From positions 191,837 to 255,836 of the forward strand of contig CACJZM010000001.1 in the NCBI GenBank assembly GCA_902597895.1: a stretch of DNA of 64,000 nucleotides, given 5' to 3'. A program made the translations under genes and the position numbers. This document shows positions 19,848-29,002 of the stretch, in pieces. The notes under the pieces were generated by a model, which did not search any database, was not told the origin of the DNA, and was given only the letters and a program-made list of their open reading frames with translations. Origin of the DNA: an uncultured Pelagibacteraceae bacterium. GTDB taxonomy: Bacteria > Pseudomonadota > Alphaproteobacteria > Pelagibacterales > Pelagibacteraceae. Within the stretch, counting starts at the first letter, position 1. Each line of letters starts with the position of its first letter.

Positions 19848-21422
19848 ATGAAGTTAAAAATAGGAAATATTGAGCAAGAATTAAAGTTTATGAATAAACT
19901 TTATATGGAAAATAGATTTTCAGAGATAGTAATAAGAGGACAAATACTTAATAAAAAATTTCCTAATATAGTGCCATTCTATAATATCTTGGGTTTATCA
20001 TATGTAAAAATAGGAAAAGATATGTTAGCGGCTAAGATCTTTGAAAATGGATTGTTCCATAATCAAAATGAATTAAGTCTTCTGACGAATTTAGCTGATA
20101 CTTACAGAAATTTAAATAAACTTAAAGACTCTGAAGAATTGCTGAAAAGGGCGATGCACATCAACGAAAAAGATTTATACGCGCTAATTAGTTATGGTAG
20201 ATTAAGGATATCTCAAGGAAAAGCAGAAGAAGCAATAGATTATTTTAAAAGGGTTTATGATATTGATAAAAATTTTAACGATGTAATTTTACGAATTGCA
20301 AACGCATATCTTTCAATAAGAAATTTCAAAGAGGCAAAAAAATATTTTGAAATGGCGGTTTATGAAACTCCATTAAAAATAGGAGCAGACTATTCTTATA
20401 GTCAGATGGTAGACTACTCACAAGATGATAAACATCAAAAACATATGTTAGAAAAACTTAAAAATAAAGAAATAGAGAAAATTACTAAAGGACCATTATA
20501 TTTTGCAATAGCCAAATCATTCAATGATCAAAAAAAATATGATGAGGCTTTTAAATATTTTAAACTTGGCAATGAGGATATGAACAGCAGAGTTAAAGAT
20601 AAAATTCTAAAAAGAGAAAAACATGATCTTGAAAAATTAAAGTATATATTTGAAAATTTTGATTTTACAAAAAATATAAATATAAAAAATATTTATAGTA
20701 AAAAACTAATATTTATTCTTGGCCTGCCTAGAACTGGCACTACCTTAATACATCAAATTATTTCTTCTCATCCTAAAGTTAGGGGTGTAGGCGAGTCAAA
20801 TGTATTGCATGCTTATTTTTTACCAAATATTAAAAAAGAGAGTTTTATCGATAATATATTTCAAGGCAATGAATTAAATGAGAAATTTATTTCTGAGTTA
20901 TCATTAAGTTTAGGAAAAAATTATGAATATTTTTCAAAAGATAAAATTATTTTAGATAAATCACCTTTTAATTTTTTTTGGATAGGTTTTATAAAAATAA
21001 TTTTTCCAAATGCCAAAATTATTCACATGAATAGAGACATTAAAGATACTGCAGTATCCATATATAATAATCTATTTGGTGGTATAAAAATGGATTGGAC
21101 ATATAGTCAAAAAAATATAGTAAAATACGTTAAAATTTATAAAGAAATTATGAGTTTTTGGAAAGAAAAAATTCCAAATTATATTTATGATTTAAATTAT
21201 GAAGATTTAGTAAATGATCAAGAGAATATATCTAAGCAGATATTAAAATTTTGTGGTTTAGAATGGGATGATAAGTGCTTAAATTTTTATGAAACAGCTG
21301 TACCAGTACATACTGTAAGTTTGCACCAAAGCAGACAACCAATTTATAAAAAATCAATTAATTCAAACATTAATTATAGCAAATATAAAGATTTCTTTGA
21401 CGAATTAGAAAAATTAAAATAA
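19848..21422 (+). CDS. TPR-containing sulfotransferase family protein
   Basis: N-terminal TPR-like helices; PAPS motifs FILGLPRTGTTL, DKSPFN, HMNRDIKDTAVS, YEDLV. Confidence 0.9.
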   Translation: MKLKIGNIEQELKFMNKLYMENRFSEIVIRGQILNKKFPNIVPFYNILGLSYVKIGKDMLAAKIFENGLFHNQNELSLLTNLADTYRNLNKLKDSEELLKRAMHINEKDLYALISYGRLRISQGKAEEAIDYFKRVYDIDKNFNDVILRIANAYLSIRNFKEAKKYFEMAVYETPLKIGADYSYSQMVDYSQDDKHQKHMLEKLKNKEIEKITKGPLYFAIAKSFNDQKKYDEAFKYFKLGNEDMNSRVKDKILKREKHDLEKLKYIFENFDFTKNINIKNIYSKKLIFILGLPRTGTTLIHQIISSHPKVRGVGESNVLHAYFLPNIKKESFIDNIFQGNELNEKFISELSLSLGKNYEYFSKDKIILDKSPFNFFWIGFIKIIFPNAKIIHMNRDIKDTAVSIYNNLFGGIKMDWTYSQKNIVKYVKIYKEIMSFWKEKIPNYIYDLNYEDLVNDQENISKQILKFCGLEWDDKCLNFYETAVPVHTVSLHQSRQPIYKKSINSNINYSKYKDFFDELEKLK

Positions 21423-21445
21423 TTTTGAATTGTTATTTTTGTAAC

Positions 21446-21473
21446 TTGCCTAATAAGATTCTTTACCTATAAT
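21446..21473 (+). promoter_or_regulatory. Sigma70 promoter of tRNA-Gly
   Basis: TTGCCT-N16-TATAAT, 13 nt before the tRNA 5' end. Confidence 0.65.
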
Positions 21474-21486
21474 ACTTTTTATAAAA

Positions 21487-21561
21487 GCGGGCATAGCTCA
21501 GTGGTAGAGCGTCTCGTTGCCAACGAGAAGGTCGAGGGTTCGACCCCCTTTGCCCGCTCCA
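21487..21561 (+). tRNA. tRNA-Gly (GCC), CCA encoded
   Basis: Acceptor stem GCGGGCA/TGCCCGC, D-arm GCTCAGTGGTAGAGC, anticodon loop TTGCCAA, T-arm GGTTCGACCCC, 3' TCCA. Confidence 0.98.
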
Positions 21562-21570
21562 GGAGAAATT

Positions 21571-21909
21571 ATGACTGATTTAGCGGATAAAAAATGTATT
21601 CCTTGTGAAGGCGGTATTCCTGCATTTGATATAAAGGAAATACATAAATATTTAAAAAAAGTAGATGGATGGGATGTCAAAGAGGATGAGATGAAAAATT
21701 ATTACTTAAGCAAAGAGTTTAAGTTTCAAAATTTTTTAGAAAGTCAAAACTTCATTAATAAAGTAGGGGAGATTGCTGAAAATGAGGGTCATCATCCAGA
21801 TATTGCATTTGGTTGGGGTTATGCAAAAGTTAAAATTTTTACTCACGCCATAAAAGGTTTACATGAAAGTGATTTTGTTCTTGCTGCCAAAGTGGATAAA
21901 ATCTCTTAG
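21571..21909 (+). CDS. phhB: Pterin-4-alpha-carbinolamine dehydratase (start ATG 21571)
   Basis: LADKKCIPCEGG, EGHHPDI, THAIKGLHESDFVLAAK; SD AGGAG at 21561-21565. Confidence 0.93.
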   Translation: MTDLADKKCIPCEGGIPAFDIKEIHKYLKKVDGWDVKEDEMKNYYLSKEFKFQNFLESQNFINKVGEIAENEGHHPDIAFGWGYAKVKIFTHAIKGLHESDFVLAAKVDKIS

Positions 21910-23447
21910 TGTCTAAAATGTCTAGTTTTTGAAAAAACAAGTATTATATCCATTTGATTTGCAAATTTTATAATTTCTTTATCTCTAATTGAACCAAAAG
22001 GTTGTACAATAGCTTTTACTCCTGCCTGAACTAAAGTTTCAATTCCATCTACAAAAGGGAAAAAAGCATCAGAAGCTGCAATTATATCCTCATTATTATT
22101 TTTTTTATAAAATTTTTGCATTTTACTTATCGCAATATTACAACTATCAAGTCTACTTGGTTGACCAGAACCTATGCCTATTGTGGAGTCTCCATTAGAT
22201 ATAACAATTCCATTAGACTTAACAAATCTACATATATTAAATGTTGAAATCAAATTTTTCATCATTTTTGAACTTGGTTTTTTTTTAGAAACCACTTTAA
22301 AATTTTTTGATGTAAATTTAATATTATCGTTATTTTGTACCAAAAAATTACCAAAATTAAAAATTATATTTTCAAAATTATTTTCTTTCATTCTACTGCA
22401 ATCAATTATCCTCAGGTTTTTTTTATTTTTTAAAATTTTTAATGCATTTTTTTCAATACCAATTCCTATAATTACTTCATAAAAATTTTTAGACATTTCT
22501 TTTGCTATAGATGTATTAATTTTAAAATTACAAGAAACTACACCACCAAAAGCGCTAATAGGGTCACTCGCAAGTGCCGAGAGATAACTATTTTTATGGT
22601 TATTATTAGTTGAAACTCCACAAGGGTTTGAATGTTTAACAATAACTGTACCAATATTTTTTGGTAACGATCTAGAAATTGATAAGGAAGCAAATATATC
22701 TCCGTAATTATTAAAACTTAATTCTTTTCCATTCAGTTGATCTAATCCAATATCACTATATTTAGAATATAAACTAGCTTTTTGATGTGGGTTTTCTCCA
22801 TATCTTAATTCTTTTATTAATTTTCCATGTAGAACCCTTTTTTCTTTAAATTTTTTCTTTGAATTAAAATTAAAATAACTTGATATAACAGAGTCATAGA
22901 ATGCCGTTTCAGTAAAAGCAATTTCTGACATTTCTTGTCTAAAATCTAAACTTGTGCAACCATTATTAATCTCAAGTTCATCTATTAAGTTGCTATAAAA
23001 TTTGACACTTGTTATTACCGTAACATCATTATAATTTTTTGCAGCTGCTCTGACCATAGTTGGTCCACCTATATCAATATTTTCAATAATTTTTTTATGA
23101 TTACTTGATTTATCTACAATATTTTCAAATGGATAAAAGTTTACAATTACTAAATCAATTTCAGAAAAATTGTTATTTTTTAATTCTTTAATATGTTTTT
23201 TGTTGTTTCTTTTACTTAGTATACCAGCATGAATTTTTGGGTGAAGCGTCTTAACCCTCCCATTTAAAATTTCTGGAGAGCCAGTGTATTTTGATATCTC
23301 TGTACATTTATATCCAAGTTTTTTTATTTCTTTGTAGGTTCCACCAGAGCTTATAATATCAACTTTGAATTTAGTTAGTTTTTTTAATAAAAGACCAAGA
23401 TCTTTTTTATCAGAAACAGAGATAAGAGCTTTTTTAATTTTTTTCAT
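21906..23447 (-). CDS. purH: Bifunctional AICAR formyltransferase/IMP cyclohydrolase (start likely 23447)
   Basis: ALISVSDK, GRVKTLHPKIHAGIL, NIDIGGP, LRYGENPHQ, KHSNPCG, ASDAFFPF, RHFRH. Confidence 0.97.
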   Translation of the reverse strand: MKKIKKALISVSDKKDLGLLLKKLTKFKVDIISSGGTYKEIKKLGYKCTEISKYTGSPEILNGRVKTLHPKIHAGILSKRNNKKHIKELKNNNFSEIDLVIVNFYPFENIVDKSSNHKKIIENIDIGGPTMVRAAAKNYNDVTVITSVKFYSNLIDELEINNGCTSLDFRQEMSEIAFTETAFYDSVISSYFNFNSKKKFKEKRVLHGKLIKELRYGENPHQKASLYSKYSDIGLDQLNGKELSFNNYGDIFASLSISRSLPKNIGTVIVKHSNPCGVSTNNNHKNSYLSALASDPISAFGGVVSCNFKINTSIAKEMSKNFYEVIIGIGIEKNALKILKNKKNLRIIDCSRMKENNFENIIFNFGNFLVQNNDNIKFTSKNFKVVSKKKPSSKMMKNLISTFNICRFVKSNGIVISNGDSTIGIGSGQPSRLDSCNIAISKMQKFYKKNNNEDIIAASDAFFPFVDGIETLVQAGVKAIVQPFGSIRDKEIIKFANQMDIILVFSKTRHFRH

Positions 23448-25069
23448 TATACTTTTATAATCTGCCATCCTACAGTTTGTTCTTCATTCCTTGTTTTTCC
23501 ACTTATAGATATATTTTGATTTTCAACAAAAGAATTTTTATTACCAAAATATAAACCAGTTTCTATATCAATTAAATGATTATCAGCAAAAAATCTCCAC
23601 CCAGAATTTTCAATTTCTATAAGAATAGATTTATTGTCTTGTGTTTTAGTGATTTTAGTCCCTGGTTCAAAATGAAATCTAATCTCAAAGTTGGTACTTT
23701 TAAAATTTTTTTTTTTTACTAATTTATCTTCACCAATTAATTTATTATAACTTGGATAAAAGTCTATTTTCCTTTCATGTATAATTCCATATTTCTTTAA
23801 ATAACCATCATGAGAACCCATTATGCTCCAATGATCTTTATTAAATAAAATATTTTTTTTTAAAATTTTAAGGCCTTTATCTACTTTCATTAATCCATTA
23901 GAGTCTTTTCTAAATTTACATGATGATTGGTTATCTATACACAAAGTTGAATGTGTGGCAGTTGATTTAGATATTAGATTAAGTTGATGCTTAGAATTTT
24001 GAAAATAACCATTATTAGATATTAGTTTTATATTATTATAATATATCTCAAAAGATAACGCACCAGATTGATAGTTTTGACTAAATTTTTTTTCTGGAGA
24101 TGATCCAATGTCTGCTGATAAGACAATATTTTTATTTTTTAAAACTACATATCCACCATATTCATTATTATCATTTTTAAATTTATAATTATGTAACTTT
24201 AGATAATTTTCAAATTTAGTATTGTCTGAGTTCTGATTTCCATTAAAAAGAAGGCTTTTATTAATTGTTTGCAAAAGTAAACTATATGACTGACCGTTTA
24301 AGAAAATTATTTCATTAATGTAATCTGGAATTTCATTTTGGGATTCTTTAAACCACTCTCTTATCAAAATAAAATATTTCAAAAAGAAATTTAATTGTCT
24401 AATATTTCGAGATTTTGGAAATCCTACTTTATCAAATGAAGTATCAATTATTTTTTTTAATAAGTCCAAGCCATATACTAAATATTTTTCATTTTTGTAA
24501 GATAAACCAGCAAGTATTATAGCTGCACAACCTATCATTTTGTCTTCAATCCAAATTGATCTGTTAATTTCATTGATCAAATGGTTGACCTGTTTCTTAA
24601 TATTTCCATCAAATTTTTCCTTATAAATATCATTACTGTCCTCATAAGTGAGTCTGGAGTTTGATATCCATGAAATTACTCTTTTTGAAAGTATGTCTAA
24701 TTCCCAATTTTTTGAATTATATTTATGATTTTTTTCTATCCAATTATAAATGACTGACTGAGTAATTTTTTTTGATGATTTTAGATCTAAACTAAAAAGC
24801 CAAAAAAAATTATGTAATTTTCTATAATCCTTAAAATTTATATTTTCATTCCAAATCGAATTTAAATAAAAATCTTCGATGTTTGTTTTTTTTTTGTATT
24901 TTATTAAACAGTCTAACAAATTAGGACTCGGTTTATAAACCAATGATTGTAAACGAATTTTTGATATTTTTTTATTATAGATATTTGAACTAAGATAAAT
25001 TTTTCTAAATTGATTTATTGAATAACTTATTATTTCACTGAATAAACTTAAGGAATTTCTTACAACCAT
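23447..25069 (-). CDS. Heparinase II/III-like protein
   Basis: GALSFE, TATHSTL, SHDGY..YGIIHER, IRFH; conserved neighbour of purH in alphaproteobacteria. Confidence 0.85.
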   Translation of the reverse strand: MVVRNSLSLFSEIISYSINQFRKIYLSSNIYNKKISKIRLQSLVYKPSPNLLDCLIKYKKKTNIEDFYLNSIWNENINFKDYRKLHNFFWLFSLDLKSSKKITQSVIYNWIEKNHKYNSKNWELDILSKRVISWISNSRLTYEDSNDIYKEKFDGNIKKQVNHLINEINRSIWIEDKMIGCAAIILAGLSYKNEKYLVYGLDLLKKIIDTSFDKVGFPKSRNIRQLNFFLKYFILIREWFKESQNEIPDYINEIIFLNGQSYSLLLQTINKSLLFNGNQNSDNTKFENYLKLHNYKFKNDNNEYGGYVVLKNKNIVLSADIGSSPEKKFSQNYQSGALSFEIYYNNIKLISNNGYFQNSKHQLNLISKSTATHSTLCIDNQSSCKFRKDSNGLMKVDKGLKILKKNILFNKDHWSIMGSHDGYLKKYGIIHERKIDFYPSYNKLIGEDKLVKKKNFKSTNFEIRFHFEPGTKITKTQDNKSILIEIENSGWRFFADNHLIDIETGLYFGNKNSFVENQNISISGKTRNEEQTVGWQIIKV

Positions 25070-25073
25070 TAAA

Positions 25074-25733
25074 TTATTTTATTTTTAACAAATCAATATT
25101 TTTTTTGACATCTCCACTATTTTCTTTAAAAATTGTAGTTCCAGAAACAAGAATATTTGCTCCTGCTTCAATGATCATTTGATTATTATCAAAATTTACC
25201 CCACCATCAACTTCAATATCAAAATTTAATTTCAAATCATCTTTTATTCTCTTTAAATTAGTAATTTTTTTTATAACTTCTGGCATAAATTTTTGTCCAC
25301 CAAAACCTGGGTAAACACTCATAATTAAAACTAAATCTATTTGATCTAATACATCTTTTATAACATCAATTTTTGTATCTGGGTTTAAAGAAACTCCTAC
25401 TTTTTTCTTAAAACTTTTAATATGATTAATAGATTCTTCCAAACTTTTTGTTGCTTCTGGATGAATAGTGATTATATCAGAACCAGCTTCCGCAAAGTTT
25501 TTAATGTATTTATGAACTGGATCAATCATCAAATGAACATCAAAAGGTAGCTTTGTATGTTTTCTCAAACTTTTAATTACTGGTGGTCCAATAGTTAAAT
25601 TAGGAACAAAATGATTATCCATAACATCTACATGAATCATATCGGCACCACCTTGTTCTAACCTTTTAATTTCATTTCCTAGCTGACTAAAATCAGCAGA
25701 TAGTATAGATGGAGAAATTTGAATTTTTTTCAT
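25074..25733 (-). CDS. rpe: Ribulose-phosphate 3-epimerase
   Basis: SPSILSADF, HVDVMD.HFVPNLT, DVHLM, MSVYPGFGGQ, EVDGG. Confidence 0.98.
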   Translation of the reverse strand: MKKIQISPSILSADFSQLGNEIKRLEQGGADMIHVDVMDNHFVPNLTIGPPVIKSLRKHTKLPFDVHLMIDPVHKYIKNFAEAGSDIITIHPEATKSLEESINHIKSFKKKVGVSLNPDTKIDVIKDVLDQIDLVLIMSVYPGFGGQKFMPEVIKKITNLKRIKDDLKLNFDIEVDGGVNFDNNQMIIEAGANILVSGTTIFKENSGDVKKNIDLLKIK

Positions 25734-25775
25734 TGATTACTAAATACTAGTATCAATTTTTGTTTTTTATTTGAA

Positions 25776-26114
25776 TTAATTTTTTCCAAAAAGTCTATAT
25801 ATTTCTTGAGCTATCTCGCTTTCAAGTGGAAAAGATAGCATTCCCATCACTGAATAACCAAGTAAATAGGGCATTAAATAAAATCTTACCATATAAAAAA
25901 ACCATGCAACATAAAGAGGGACCAATGGTCCTATAATAAAACTTGGCGTAATAAACCTAAACATTCTTAAAACTGGATTTGTATATTTAACAAACACCCT
26001 CATAAAGAAGAATTGTGAGTCCTCCCTTTGAAAAATGTTCATAGCTGATCGACCTATAAGGGTCCACATTATAATCCCTAAGGTGTAATCAATTATGAAT
26101 ATGTGTAGTGACAT
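25776..26114 (-). CDS. Hypothetical small membrane protein downstream of sodium:solute symporter
   Basis: 112-aa ORF with hydrophobic segments; co-oriented with the symporter. Confidence 0.75.
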   Translation of the reverse strand: MSLHIFIIDYTLGIIMWTLIGRSAMNIFQREDSQFFFMRVFVKYTNPVLRMFRFITPSFIIGPLVPLYVAWFFYMVRFYLMPYLLGYSVMGMLSFPLESEIAQEIYRLFGKN

Positions 26115-26131
26115 TTACGGTTTAATTTAGA

Positions 26132-26154
26132 TGGGGGCGACTTTATCGCCCCCA
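26132..26154 (-). terminator. GC-rich hairpin after symporter gene (terminator or stabiliser)
   Basis: TGGGGGCGA-cttta-TCGCCCCCA 9-bp stem; weak U-tract on the minus strand. Confidence 0.7.
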
Positions 26155-26166
26155 AATTAAAATTAT

Positions 26167-28005
26167 TTAGTGTTGCTTACCAAGAATAGTTTTACCACTT
26201 GGTATTCTAACTTCATCTACCATTTTTTGAGTGGCGCTATCTGGTTCTGGTGTCATTAAACTGACTACTACCATAACAACCAAACATACACTCGCTCCAA
26301 TGATACCGAAACGTAAGTGGTCAATACCTAACCATGCAGGGTTACCCATAAATTTAGGATATACATAGATTAGATAAGCTGTTCCTGACGCTAGACCTGT
26401 TATCATACCAGCTATTGCACCTTGTCTAGTTGCTCTCTTCCACCATACACCAAGTATTAATGGGAAGAACAATCCTGACATTGCAAAGTCAAAAGCCCAT
26501 GCAACTGCTCCAAGGATACTAGTGATCCTCATTGAAGCAATATAAGCTCCTGCAGCACCAATTATAACTAATAGTGCTCTAGCAACTAACAATCTTTTTC
26601 TTACATCTGCTTTTGGATCAATGATTTTGTAATAAACATCATGTGATAAAGCATTTGCGATCGCAAGAATTAAACCATCAGCAGTCGACATTGCTGCAGC
26701 CATTCCTCCAGCAGCAACTAGTCCAGAAATAACGTAAGGTAATCCAGCAACTTCAGGAGTTGCAAGTACAACAACGTCACCTCTCATGAACCATTCATTT
26801 AACTGAAGAACTCCGTCCCCGTTAAAGTCTGCTATGAAGGCTTGTTTAACATTCATCCAAGAATTAACCCACTCAATCTGCATAACATCAGCAATAGGTT
26901 TTCCAATGATACCTGTTGCTAAGTTTGGATCCATAAGTTGTAACTTAGATAATGTCGCTAACATCGGTGCAGAAGTATAAAGCAATGCAATGAAAAATAG
27001 TGACCATGCCACTGATTTTCTTGCAGCTTTAACGCTAGGAGTAGTAAAGTATCTCATTAAAATGTGAGGTAAAGAAGCTGTTCCTACCATCATACAAATT
27101 ACTAATGAAATAAATTTCCAAGCAGCCATAGCTCCATCAGGCACACCAGCGTGTGGAAGTGCTATAGATTTTAAACCACCTGGAACTCCAGCAGCTTTAA
27201 TATCTGCTGCAGCATTTTTAACTAAACCAAATTGAGCTTCAAGTTCACCTAGTCTTGCAACCTCTTCACCCAACATAAAGTGTGGGAAGAAGCCCATACC
27301 ATTTTTGTTACTCATCCAGAAAATTGGTATCAAGTAAGCTATGATCAATACTATGTACTGAGCAACCTGTGTCCAAGTTACTGCTCTCATTCCTCCAAGC
27401 ATAGAACATAATAAGATACTTACTAAACCAACCCAGACTCCTAATTCAAATGGAATACCAAGTGCTCTAGAAGCAATAGTTCCTGTTGCGTTAATTTGAG
27501 CTGTTACATAAGTGAAAGAAGCTAAAGCAAGAACTACAACGGCACAGAATCTTGCTAGATTTCCTCCGTATCTTGTTCCAATAAAATCTGGCACTGTATA
27601 ACATCCAAACTTCCTCAAATATGGAGCTAAAAGAGATGATACTAATACATAACCACCGGTCCAACCGATTAAGAACGCCATGTATGTGTAACCACCGAAG
27701 TAGATTCCACCAGCCATTGCAACGAATGAAGCACCTGACATCCAGTCAGCTGCAGTAGCCATTCCATTGAAAACTGTTGGCACTTGTCTTCCAGCAACAT
27801 AGTACGCATCGACTTGAACAGTTCTAGATAGATATCCGATAATCGCATATATACAAACTGTAAAAGCCACAAACAAAATACCTATTGTCTTGGCATCCAT
27901 ACCTGCTTGTTCTGCAATAGCCATCAGAATGATGAATACTAAAAAACCGCCAGTGTATAGTCCATAGATCTTAGGTAAATTGTCTATAAATTTTCCTTTA
28001 AACAT
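26167..28005 (-). CDS. actP: Sodium:solute symporter, ActP-like cation/acetate symporter
   Basis: YYVAGR, NGMATAADWMSGASF, GTASLPHILMRYFT, AAMSTADG; many TM helices; next to DUF4212 and acs. Confidence 0.9.
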   Translation of the reverse strand: MFKGKFIDNLPKIYGLYTGGFLVFIILMAIAEQAGMDAKTIGILFVAFTVCIYAIIGYLSRTVQVDAYYVAGRQVPTVFNGMATAADWMSGASFVAMAGGIYFGGYTYMAFLIGWTGGYVLVSSLLAPYLRKFGCYTVPDFIGTRYGGNLARFCAVVVLALASFTYVTAQINATGTIASRALGIPFELGVWVGLVSILLCSMLGGMRAVTWTQVAQYIVLIIAYLIPIFWMSNKNGMGFFPHFMLGEEVARLGELEAQFGLVKNAAADIKAAGVPGGLKSIALPHAGVPDGAMAAWKFISLVICMMVGTASLPHILMRYFTTPSVKAARKSVAWSLFFIALLYTSAPMLATLSKLQLMDPNLATGIIGKPIADVMQIEWVNSWMNVKQAFIADFNGDGVLQLNEWFMRGDVVVLATPEVAGLPYVISGLVAAGGMAAAMSTADGLILAIANALSHDVYYKIIDPKADVRKRLLVARALLVIIGAAGAYIASMRITSILGAVAWAFDFAMSGLFFPLILGVWWKRATRQGAIAGMITGLASGTAYLIYVYPKFMGNPAWLGIDHLRFGIIGASVCLVVMVVVSLMTPEPDSATQKMVDEVRIPSGKTILGKQH

Positions 28006-28265
28006 TAATCGTCTCCTTCCCGCTCAGTGAAGCCGAACTCTTCGTCAATTTTCTCTTGTCTATTTGCAAACCAAAATATTAAGATTACAAAAGCAACAAT
28101 AGATCCCTGCGCACACATGTAATACGCTAACGGATAACCAAGAAAACTAGCAGCGTTCAAGCTAGAACCAAACATAAAGACTACGTAACCGAAAAAGAAC
28201 CAGATCGCTAATGTAAGGATCATTAGCCCCTTTGTTTTTTCCCAGTGTTTTTCTTTGTTTGACAT
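28005..28265 (-). CDS. DUF4212 symporter small subunit
   Basis: HWEKTK, FLGYPLAYYMCAQGS, IDEEFG; stop overlaps symporter start; strong SD AGGGAGGG. Confidence 0.9.
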   Translation of the reverse strand: MSNKEKHWEKTKGLMILTLAIWFFFGYVVFMFGSSLNAASFLGYPLAYYMCAQGSIVAFVILIFWFANRQEKIDEEFGFTEREGDD

Positions 28266-28375
28266 TTTTTTCCCTCCCTATAGGTTAAAAGATGAAACCA
28301 TACATATTTGAAAATAGAATGGAACCCTAAAAAAAGACGCTATTTATGGGAAAATATAAGAATTAGGACTTAAAA

Positions 28376-29002
28376 ATGGGGATAAAATACAAATTAAAGC
28401 TAAAAGATCTAAAACTTGAATTTTTAAAAGAATATTTTTCACCTCTTTTAAAATATTTGAGACCCAGAAGAAAAGTTTCCAACTATGAGGATCTAAAGGA
28501 ATTTATCCAAAGAAAATCTGCTTGGGTTAGTCAAGAAACACTTTATGGATATTTGAAAACTAGAATGGGAGCAAAATATGTCTTGATGTTTGAAGATGAA
28601 ATTTTTCTATCATCTATTAATAAAGCTAAATGGAATATCTATACCGTCGCTCTACAAGATTTAACTTTTTATTCTATTTCTTATTTGAAGGAAAATTATA
28701 ATTTACATGATATCTCTAAAGCGAGAGAAATTTATTTTAATATATTGGATGATGAAAAAAAAAATAATATCCCTAATGAGGTTTATAAAAAAGCATCCTC
28801 TGATTTTGATGATAGAAATAAAAATATAGATTGGGAAAACTATTATAAGTCTCTGCCTTTTAATACCAGCGCTCTTGCTTTATACGAATACTCACCTATA
28901 GCTGAAGAACTAAAAACTTTAGATAGAAAAATTGTATTAAACTCTATGATTTTAAAATGGGACAATATTCAAAAAGAATTTAAAGAATTAATAAACTTTT
29001 AA
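28376..29002 (+). CDS. Conserved hypothetical protein
   Basis: 208-aa ORF ([18 protein letters not shown]) filling the gap between DUF4212 and acs. Confidence 0.75.
   Translation: MGIKYKLKLKDLKLEFLKEYFSPLLKYLRPRRKVSNYEDLKEFIQRKSAWVSQETLYGYLKTRMGAKYVLMFEDEIFLSSINKAKWNIYTVALQDLTFYSISYLKENYNLHDISKAREIYFNILDDEKKNNIPNEVYKKASSDFDDRNKNIDWENYYKSLPFNTSALALYEYSPIAEELKTLDRKIVLNSMILKWDNIQKEFKELINF

Noticed and set aside
21487-21561. tRNA-Gly as an integration site for a prophage or island
   Set aside because: No integrase and no duplicated tRNA 3' end was seen in the window
21498-21570. ORF-track N-terminal extension of phhB (from 21517) and the antisense ORF 21498-21680
   Set aside because: Both overlap the tRNA-Gly gene; phhB has a good SD and ATG at 21571
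26167-28265. Higher GC in actP/DUF4212 (also TRAP SBP 56684-57838) as a sign of horizontal transfer
   Set aside because: Better explained by Gly/Ala-rich composition and C-ending codons typical of highly expressed genes; no mobility genes or flanking repeats
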